From an uncultured SAR86 cluster bacterium (GTDB lineage Bacteria > Pseudomonadota > Gammaproteobacteria > Magnimaribacterales > D2472), in assembly GCA_902635645.1 (NCBI GenBank), contig CACPON010000002.1:32626-96625 (forward strand): a stretch of 64,000 bases of DNA, given 5' to 3'. Position 1 is the first letter of the stretch; every line of letters starts with the position of its first letter. The notes under the pieces were generated by a model that was not told where the DNA came from, made no database searches, and saw nothing but the letters and a program-made list of their open reading frames with translations. The translations under genes were made by a program, and so were the position numbers. This document shows positions 1 to 6,968 of this stretch, piece by piece.

Positions 1-51
1 TACTCAATAATTATCGCAGCATAAGCAAAACTTGATAAATATTGCACAAAA

Positions 52-888
52 TTACTTAAAAATGTCTAGATTTCTCTCTAAGTCCATTATTCTTAGTGAC
101 TTTTCATCATGTTTTGTGGTTTCAACAAGACATTGTCTCCATATGTAGTCTAAAAAATAAGTAAATTTGACCCAATTTTTTAATTTTTCTTTATCAAGTA
201 GAAAGTTTTTATTGTAGCCATAAAACAAATAACCAATCTCCTCATCATTGAAATCATAAGAAGAAATAATTGAAGCGAAATCAAAATAAGGACTGTTGCC
301 AGACGCATACTCCCAATCTATAAAAAAATATTTTTTATTAAACAAAATATTTTCACGATTTAAATCATTATGAGAAAAAATTATTTGCTCTTTTCTATAA
401 GAAAGAGAATCAAAAATTTTGAAGCCTTGATTTAGATACCAATTATTTTTAATTTTGTTTTTAAGAGTGTCTTTATAATTTTCTATAGCATTTTCAAAAT
501 TATTAATTGCAACATTATCAATTTTTATTTCATGAACTTTCTTAATTTCTTTACCAAGAGAAATTAAATTTTCTTTTCTTCTAATATCAGAATATGAAAT
601 TTCTTTACCTTCATGAAATTCTCTTATTAGAATTCCTCTATCTAAATCGTGGTATAAAATTTTTTGATTTTGAGTTTTTGTTTTTAAAAAATTAAATATC
701 TTAAATTCTGAAGCTCTTTGTTCTTTTAACCAATTTGGTAAATCAAAATCAACTCTTATTACAGATTTAATATCATTAAAATTACATAAGAAAATTTGAG
801 AAATTAGATCAATTTTTATAGGTGAAATAATTTCAATTTTGTGATCAACTGAAGCAATTTTTTTATCAATTTTTTGCATCAATTTCAT
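52..888 (-). CDS. Thiamine kinase-like phosphotransferase (choline kinase/APH fold)
   Basis: ORF track 52..918. Catalytic loop HNDLNRENILF and IDWEYASGNSPYFDFA motif as in ThiK/choline kinases. Codon at 918 is TTG; first ATG is at 888. Last gene of the TPP-riboswitch operon. Substrate is inferred from context only. Confidence 0.6.
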   Translation of the reverse strand: MKLMQKIDKKIASVDHKIEIISPIKIDLISQIFLCNFNDIKSVIRVDFDLPNWLKEQRASEFKIFNFLKTKTQNQKILYHDLDRGILIREFHEGKEISYSDIRRKENLISLGKEIKKVHEIKIDNVAINNFENAIENYKDTLKNKIKNNWYLNQGFKIFDSLSYRKEQIIFSHNDLNRENILFNKKYFFIDWEYASGNSPYFDFASIISSYDFNDEEIGYLFYGYNKNFLLDKEKLKNWVKFTYFLDYIWRQCLVETTKHDEKSLRIMDLERNLDIFK

Positions 889-1459
889 CTTTAATTTCGG
901 TCCAAGATTTATAACCAAAATAAATAATTATTAGGTATACAAAGAATAATATTGAAGTTAAAAATAGCCCTCTTGAATAAAATAAAAACACAGAAATTGT
1001 GTCTATTACAAACCAATAAATCCAGTTTTCTAAAAGCCTCTTTGCAACCATATATGTCGTTACAATTGCCCCCCAAGTTGTAAGAGAGTCGATAAAAGGT
1101 AAGGCAGCATTTGTAAATTTTTCAAGCGCCCAGCCAGATGCAAATGCTAATAGAAAGATCAATGAAATTGCTTTAATGTGTTGGTTTCTATTCCATGTTT
1201 TTACAAGAAATTTTTTATTGTCTGGTAAGGACGCTCTCCACTGTGTCCAGCCATAAACAGCCATAACACAATAAAATATTTGCAATCCTGCTTCCATATA
1301 TAAGCCTGCAGAATACATCACAAAGAAATATAATAATGAGCTAAAAAAAGCCGCAAACCAACAACTTATGTTCTGTTTAATGGCTAATAATAGATAGGCA
1401 ATTGCAAGAATAACCGCCGCTGGTTCTATCCAGGCAGAATGAACAAGATTAGAAATCAT
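866..1459 (-). CDS. PnuC-family vitamin facilitator (PnuT-like, probable thiamine channel)
   Basis: 197-aa polytopic membrane ORF of PnuC size. Trp-rich ENWIYWFVID segment typical of the family. ATG 1459 overlaps the receptor stop by 11 nt. Sits in the riboswitch operon. Confidence 0.7.
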   Translation of the reverse strand: MISNLVHSAWIEPAAVILAIAYLLLAIKQNISCWFAAFFSSLLYFFVMYSAGLYMEAGLQIFYCVMAVYGWTQWRASLPDNKKFLVKTWNRNQHIKAISLIFLLAFASGWALEKFTNAALPFIDSLTTWGAIVTTYMVAKRLLENWIYWFVIDTISVFLFYSRGLFLTSILFFVYLIIIYFGYKSWTEIKDEIDAKN

Positions 1460-3542
1460 ATCTTACTGTAACACCTAGGTGCCTTGGGTCACCATGTCTT
1501 TCATAAAGTGTATCAATAAAATTTGGAGCCTCATTTCCAAAGTAAAAACCTCTTGTTGAATAGTACTCATCAAATATATTTCTTCCCCAAATGGAGTACG
1601 TCCATTGACCATGAAAATAACTATAGTTTATGTTTGTTAAGAAATATGATTTTGATTTGTTGTCATGAGAATCAGAATAGTAAAAGCTACTTTTACCCAC
1701 GATATCAAATGACAAGCTTGACTGTTCTGAAGGGTACCAATTGAGACCAATGGCATAACTTTTTTCAGGAGCATGAGCTTGTGCTCTACCTTCAATTTCT
1801 GGTCGAGATTTCCAACTTTTAATCTCAGTTTTGAGTAAACCAAAATTAAGAAACATGTCTAAGTTTTCAGACAACTGAATGTCAATTTCTAGCTCTATTC
1901 CATTGTTAGTTCCTTCTGCTGCATTTTGGGTTAAAAATGTAAATGTATTTGGATCGTTTGGATCTACTTGAGTAGATATTAAAACCTGTTGATCTTTTCT
2001 ATCTGAGAGAAAAATTACAGCAGCTAAATTCAAATTTAATTCTTCAATTTTTGAATTAAGTCCGATTTCATAATTAGTTAAAAATTCAGGATCATAATAA
2101 AGATTGCTATTTTTTGAATTCGGATCAAGCCCAAGATTTAAATTGAAACCACCTTGATTATATCCTCTTGCAATACTAAAAAAGATGTTTGTATTTTTAT
2201 CTAAAATTTTATTAACGGATATTTTGCCACCGGAAATTTTATCTGAAGGATTAAATGATTCGCCAAAAGAATCTGAATATTTTGATTCTGAATTCTCCCA
2301 ACGAAGACCCATGCTAGCTTTTGTTGATTCGTTTATTAAGTAATTTAAATTTCCATAAATAGAAAAGTTTTGAATATCAAATTTACTTGAAGATGAGCTT
2401 TCACTCACATAAGGACTATATGGATCTGATGGGTCACCATAAATGCCATCATCTTTTTTTAAATTTTTCTCATTTGATTCAAAGAAATTCATTCCAACAA
2501 CCCATTCATATCTTTTATTGGAATTAAAATCAGCTTTATTTGATAGAAGTCTAAATTCTTGATTAAAAGTCTCTCTAAATCTTAAGGTCTCAGAAAAATA
2601 ATCATAAATATATGGCAAATGAGTTGAAGGATTGCCCCAATCTGCATCATAACTTAGCACAACATCGGTATCTGTCATGCTTGTTAAGCTCTGAAATTCA
2701 AAATCTTCCGTGATATGAAAGAATTTTATGCCATAAGCATTAGTTTTTTGAGAATCCATGCCCGGTCTGTCAGAAAGAGTGTTTAAACTGCCGTCAATTG
2801 TCCAAATATCAGCAGGATCATCGAGATTTATTTGAGTTACTAAAACCTTGAAGGTTGATTTTGCATTAACTTTCCAATTTGCTTTAAGCCTAAAAGTAGA
2901 TTCATCTTTTTTTGAGGTATCTGATTTACCAGAAAATAAATTTTTTCTGAATCCATCTGAGTAATCTTTCCTTAAAGCGATTCTGTATGTTAAATCATCA
3001 ATTTGTGATGGTCCTCCGAAGGCTACACCACTGTTTAATGTTCCATAGGTGCCTGTTGTTATTTCACTAATTCCTTCAAATACTTCTGTTGGTTCTTTAG
3101 TTTTTATATAAATAAGTCCTGCCATAGCATTTGATCCAATTCTTGAACCTTGAGGCCCTCTATGAACTTCAATCTGATCAACATCAAAAGTTGTTGCAAT
3201 TCCGCCTTGGCCAGAATAATCAATATCATCAATTAAAAAACCAACTGCTGAATTTGGCGTCCTTTCATAGCCAGATCTTTCGCCGATTCCCCTTATTTGA
3301 AAATGCCTTGCTCTTGAGTCGCTGGCTGCAAAGTTTAAGTTTGGTATTAGATAAGATAAATTCTCAAAATGTTTTATTGGAGCAGAATCAATTTCTTTTG
3401 AGGTTAGTACTAATACACTTGAGTCCTCTTCAATTAACTTTGTGTCTCTCCAGTCACCTTGAACAATAACCTCTTCAACATCAGATGAAACTAAAAAAAT
3501 TGAAAAGAAAAAAAGAAAAAAATAAGTTTTAATGGTGTTCAT
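1449..3542 (-). CDS. TonB-dependent outer-membrane receptor
   Basis: 697 aa. Signal peptide, TonB-box-like EEVIVQG, plug motif IEVHRGPQGSRIGSNAMAGLIYIKTK, long beta-rich body, C-terminal aromatic ...TVRYDF. Directly preceded by the TPP riboswitch. Confidence 0.88.
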   Translation of the reverse strand: MNTIKTYFFLFFFSIFLVSSDVEEVIVQGDWRDTKLIEEDSSVLVLTSKEIDSAPIKHFENLSYLIPNLNFAASDSRARHFQIRGIGERSGYERTPNSAVGFLIDDIDYSGQGGIATTFDVDQIEVHRGPQGSRIGSNAMAGLIYIKTKEPTEVFEGISEITTGTYGTLNSGVAFGGPSQIDDLTYRIALRKDYSDGFRKNLFSGKSDTSKKDESTFRLKANWKVNAKSTFKVLVTQINLDDPADIWTIDGSLNTLSDRPGMDSQKTNAYGIKFFHITEDFEFQSLTSMTDTDVVLSYDADWGNPSTHLPYIYDYFSETLRFRETFNQEFRLLSNKADFNSNKRYEWVVGMNFFESNEKNLKKDDGIYGDPSDPYSPYVSESSSSSKFDIQNFSIYGNLNYLINESTKASMGLRWENSESKYSDSFGESFNPSDKISGGKISVNKILDKNTNIFFSIARGYNQGGFNLNLGLDPNSKNSNLYYDPEFLTNYEIGLNSKIEELNLNLAAVIFLSDRKDQQVLISTQVDPNDPNTFTFLTQNAAEGTNNGIELEIDIQLSENLDMFLNFGLLKTEIKSWKSRPEIEGRAQAHAPEKSYAIGLNWYPSEQSSLSFDIVGKSSFYYSDSHDNKSKSYFLTNINYSYFHGQWTYSIWGRNIFDEYYSTRGFYFGNEAPNFIDTLYERHGDPRHLGVTVRYDF

Positions 3543-3625
3543 GCAATTCCTCCGCCATTATTGTATGGATCAGGTTCAAAGAGTTTCTTTTCAAAAGATC
3601 TCAGGCTAAGCCACCCCTTTGCAGT
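3541..3625 (-). promoter_or_regulatory. TPP (THI-box) riboswitch
   Basis: Minus-strand RNA: UGCAAAGGGGUGGCUUAGCCUGAGAUCUUUUGAAAAGAAACUCUUUGAACCUGAUCCAUACAAUAAUGGCGGAGGAAUUGCAUG. It carries the conserved GGGGUG, CUGAGA, ACCUGAUC...AUGGCGGAGGAA blocks. P1 is UGCAA/UUGCA, and its last A is the A of the receptor AUG. Confidence 0.85.
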
Positions 3626-3665
3626 TAAATATAATGATATAAGTTTTTAAATTCTTGTGCTATAG

Positions 3666-4982
3666 CTATTCAATAGAATCTTGATTTAAATCGCTTTGAT
3701 AAGTTTCTGTTAAAGATAATACCGATATTAAAGTTAATAATGAGGCAAAAGCTATATAAACTGAAACCCAAATAATTCCGTAATCATTCCATAGTAAAGC
3801 TGCTATTGTAGGAGCAAATGCCCCGCCCAGTATGGCTCCAAATTGATAACCCAACGTTGCTCCAGAGTATCTGACTTCTGTACTAAAAAGTTCTGTAAAA
3901 AATGCAGCCTGTGGGCCATACATCATTGAAACAAAAACTAATCCAAGACTTATAGCCAAAACTATTAACCAAAAATTACCTGTATCAACTAAGGGGAATA
4001 TTGCAAAACTCCATACAGCAGTAAGAATTGCTCCAAGCATAAATACTCCTCTTCTTCCATGTCTATCTGAATAGGCTGAAAAGAAGAATTGAAAAGGAAT
4101 CATTATTCCTGAACCAATCAAAACAGCAATCAACATATCATCTCTTGTAACTTCAGCACTAGCGACACCATAAGCAAGAAGAAAAGCTATAAGGATATAA
4201 AAAGTAACCTGAATAGACAAAAATGCCCCTGCTGCAAGAACTATTTTAGATGGATATTTTTTTATCGCTTCAATGATAGGCGAGCTTTTGATTTCAACAC
4301 TTGTGCCAACTTTTCTAGATGCCTCTAGTTCTTTGAAAGCTTTTGTATCCTCTAGGTTTAATTGAATATACATGCTAATACCGATTAGGATAGCGCTTGC
4401 TAAAAATGGAATTCTCCAACCCCATGCAAAAAATGATTCTTCAGAAACCATTGAACTTGTAACAATGAAAGCTAAGTTAGCCAAAATAACTCCCACAGGA
4501 ACTCCTGCTTGAGCAAAAGCCCCATAATATCCTCTTTGATTTGCAGGAGCGCTTTCAGTAACTAAAAGCATAGCGCCGCCCCATTGACCTCCAATTGCTA
4601 AACCTTGAGCAAAACGCAATGTCGTTAAAAGTATTGGAGCTGCAACACCAATCATTGCATAAGTTGGAAGCAAACCGATAAGAGTTGAAGATACCCCCAT
4701 TAAAACCAATGCAATAACAAGTGTTTTTTTTCTTCCAACCTTATCTCCATAATGACCAAATATTATTCCTCCAATAGGTCTTGCAATAAATCCAGCCGCA
4801 AAAGTCAATAAAGATAAAATTAAAGCTGTTGACGGGGTGGTTTCTCCAAAAAATACTGTAGGAAAAATTAACGCAGCAGAGGCGCCATACAAAAAGAAGT
4901 CATACCACTCGATACTAGTTCCTGCTAAGGAAGTAAGTGCAACTTTTTGCATATTTGATTTTGAGTTATTGGTCTGGTTCAT
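3666..4982 (-). CDS. MFS transporter, metabolite:H+ symporter type
   Basis: About 12 predicted TM segments. Loop motif GHYGDKVGRKKTLVIAL between TM2 and TM3 typical of MFS/MHS proteins. Codon at 4988 is TTG; first ATG is at 4982. Confidence 0.75.
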   Translation of the reverse strand: MNQTNNSKSNMQKVALTSLAGTSIEWYDFFLYGASAALIFPTVFFGETTPSTALILSLLTFAAGFIARPIGGIIFGHYGDKVGRKKTLVIALVLMGVSSTLIGLLPTYAMIGVAAPILLTTLRFAQGLAIGGQWGGAMLLVTESAPANQRGYYGAFAQAGVPVGVILANLAFIVTSSMVSEESFFAWGWRIPFLASAILIGISMYIQLNLEDTKAFKELEASRKVGTSVEIKSSPIIEAIKKYPSKIVLAAGAFLSIQVTFYILIAFLLAYGVASAEVTRDDMLIAVLIGSGIMIPFQFFFSAYSDRHGRRGVFMLGAILTAVWSFAIFPLVDTGNFWLIVLAISLGLVFVSMMYGPQAAFFTELFSTEVRYSGATLGYQFGAILGGAFAPTIAALLWNDYGIIWVSVYIAFASLLTLISVLSLTETYQSDLNQDSIE

Positions 4983-5040
4983 GCTCAAGCTAGTATGCCA
5001 AATATTTAATAAAGTAAAAGAAGTATGTTAGTTTAAAAAA

Positions 5041-5640
5041 ATGTCTTTTGAGGAAATCCGATTCATTTTTGTAGTTTATGCAAGCTCTATACTACCGATA
5101 ATTCTGTTTATCAAATATCGATCTAAATTACCAAACTGGGTACCCATAATATATGTTGGTTCGTTTATAGTATGCGCTTTAGGTTGGGAAATCTGGTTTA
5201 CCTATGGGCTTATTAATGGCGAGTCTGTAATTGAAAGAAGAGCTGATGTCCTCAACCAATGGATTCCACTACATCTTAATTGGATTCTCAATTCACTGGC
5301 TGACGCTGGGACAGTGTGCCTAGGTGGATTGTATTTAATGTGGGTGCTTAACAATAAAGAACAAAGGATTTTTTTAAAGTGGCGTTGGGGCCCATTTCTT
5401 ATTTTACTAGCCTGGTGCATAGGACAAAATCTTTTTGTAGAGCTTTTTCTTTATTATGATCAGCTAGGTGAAGGGAAAAATTTATCATGGGCGCCTTTAA
5501 TTCCGACAGGAAATATTTTTAACCCGCTTATTTTTGAATTTAACGAAAGATCTGTGATGTTTCAAACCCAACTACCATGGATAATATTGCCGCCCTTTTT
5601 GTATATGACAGTAATAAAGCTAGCAAATAAAAGAAACTAG
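5041..5640 (+). CDS. Hypothetical integral membrane protein
   Basis: 199-aa ORF with several hydrophobic, Trp-rich segments. No family recognised. Confidence 0.45.
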   Translation: MSFEEIRFIFVVYASSILPIILFIKYRSKLPNWVPIIYVGSFIVCALGWEIWFTYGLINGESVIERRADVLNQWIPLHLNWILNSLADAGTVCLGGLYLMWVLNNKEQRIFLKWRWGPFLILLAWCIGQNLFVELFLYYDQLGEGKNLSWAPLIPTGNIFNPLIFEFNERSVMFQTQLPWIILPPFLYMTVIKLANKRN

Positions 5641-6002
5641 ATTTCTTTAATACTATCCTCAAAGTTTATTCCATCGAATTCAACAACGTTATAAACATCA
5701 GGTGGATTTTTTACACATCTCAAATTAATACTGTACATCTCAGGATGTGATCTAGGCTGATAGTAACTCTTTATTCCACAAGTTTTACAAAAAAGATGTT
5801 TTGCATTTTGGGTGCCAAAAGTGTATATGGCAAGATCATCACTGTCACTCAAAAGTGTAAAATCTTCATGTTTTACAAAAAGATGTTGATAGTCATACAT
5901 ATTGCAAATAGAGCAATTACATTTCCAAATTTCTACTTTATTTTCTGATAAAAATTTAAAATTTACATTACCGCAATGACAGCTTCCATGGTATTCCTGC
6001 AT
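5637..6002 (-). CDS. GFA/CENP-V family Cys-rich zinc-binding protein
   Basis: 121 aa with CHCGNV...CNCSIC...CKTCG cysteine pattern characteristic of glutathione-dependent formaldehyde-activating (GFA) family proteins. Confidence 0.65.
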   Translation of the reverse strand: MQEYHGSCHCGNVNFKFLSENKVEIWKCNCSICNMYDYQHLFVKHEDFTLLSDSDDLAIYTFGTQNAKHLFCKTCGIKSYYQPRSHPEMYSINLRCVKNPPDVYNVVEFDGINFEDSIKEI

Positions 6003-6099
6003 AAGAAAATATTACCTTAAAATATATATTTTTTTAATTTTTAATTAATTAAAAATTAAATGTTTGTAATAATAAAATACATTATTTAGGATTAATTAT

Positions 6100-6786
6100 A
6101 TGGTTTTACTAGCAGGCGTACTTATAGTTTTAGCACTAATATTTGGGCCGTCTTTGTGGGTAAAGTTTGTCATGAGCAGATACTCATCGCAGCTACCTGA
6201 AATTTCTGGTACTGGAGGTGAACTAGCAAAACATTTAATTGAGCGATTTTCTTTAAAAGATGTAAAGGTCGAAATAACTGAGCAAGGCGACCACTATGAT
6301 CCAATTGAAAAAAAAGTAAGGCTTGTGCGAGAGAATTATGAATCTAAATCATTAACAGCAATAGCAATTGCTGCTCATGAGGTTGGTCATGCGATTCAAG
6401 ATCAGCAAGGTGATAAACGTCTAGCTACAAGAACAAAAATGATTCCTGTTGCCAATATGGTAGCTCGCTGGAGTGTTGCTATTATTTCTATGTCTCCAGT
6501 AATAGCCATTATAATGCGTCATCCAATGCCATTTTCTGTATTGTTTTTTTTGGGACTATCTGGCTTTGTTGCTCGTATGATGATTCATGCAGTAACTCTG
6601 CCAATTGAATTTGATGCAAGCTTTTCGAAAGCACTCCCCATATTGAGAGAAGGAAACTACATATCTCAGGATAATGAAAAAGCTGTAAGTCGTATTCTTA
6701 ATGCAGCAGCACTTACTTATGTTTCTGCAGCGCTAGCCGACATTTTAAATCTTGGTCGTTGGCTCGTTATATTATCAAGACGATAA
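6100..6786 (+). CDS. Membrane zinc metallopeptidase (YugP/Zn_peptidase_2-like)
   Basis: 228 aa. N-terminal TM, HExxH motif (AAHEVGHAIQ), two C-terminal TM segments. Size and layout match the putative neutral zinc metallopeptidase family. Confidence 0.7.
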   Translation: MVLLAGVLIVLALIFGPSLWVKFVMSRYSSQLPEISGTGGELAKHLIERFSLKDVKVEITEQGDHYDPIEKKVRLVRENYESKSLTAIAIAAHEVGHAIQDQQGDKRLATRTKMIPVANMVARWSVAIISMSPVIAIIMRHPMPFSVLFFLGLSGFVARMMIHAVTLPIEFDASFSKALPILREGNYISQDNEKAVSRILNAAALTYVSAALADILNLGRWLVILSRR

Positions 6787-6797
6787 ATAATGGTGGA

Positions 6798-6842
6798 TGG
6801 TGGGTCTGGGTGGACTCGAACCACCGACCTCACCCTTATCAG
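6798..6842 (-). repeat. 45-bp exact copy of the 3' half of tRNA-Ile(GAU) (att-like scar / tRNA fragment)
   Basis: tggtgggtctgggtggactcgaaccaccgacctcacccttatcag is identical to 8833-8877. Identity ends inside the anticodon loop. Confidence 0.92.
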
Positions 6843-6901
6843 TGTTGTGTGTGATTCTGTTGAATGCCTTTAATATCTGGGTTTGTGTGAAGTTTTACTA
6901 A

Positions 6902-6921
6902 AACTTCCCCAATTCTTCCCA
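6902..6921 (+). repeat. Degenerate AACTTCCC(C)A / TTCTTCCCA motif pair at the distal islet junction
   Basis: aacttcccca attcttccca, in the same orientation as the triple AACTTCCCA at 8685-8713. Confidence 0.5.
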
Positions 6922-6968
6922 TATATATGGATAAGTATTTATCAAACTCTAGTTGCTATTTCTTATGA

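Noticed and set aside
1523-3469. Short ORFs on both strands inside the TonB-dependent receptor gene (1523..1744, 1637..1843, 3131..3469)
   Set aside because: They are nested in or antisense to a 697-aa ORF with clear plug and barrel features. No independent support.
6791-6797. tggtgga immediately before the 45-bp repeat as a second, older att scar
   Set aside because: A 7-nt partial match to the tRNA CCA end is far too short to distinguish from chance.
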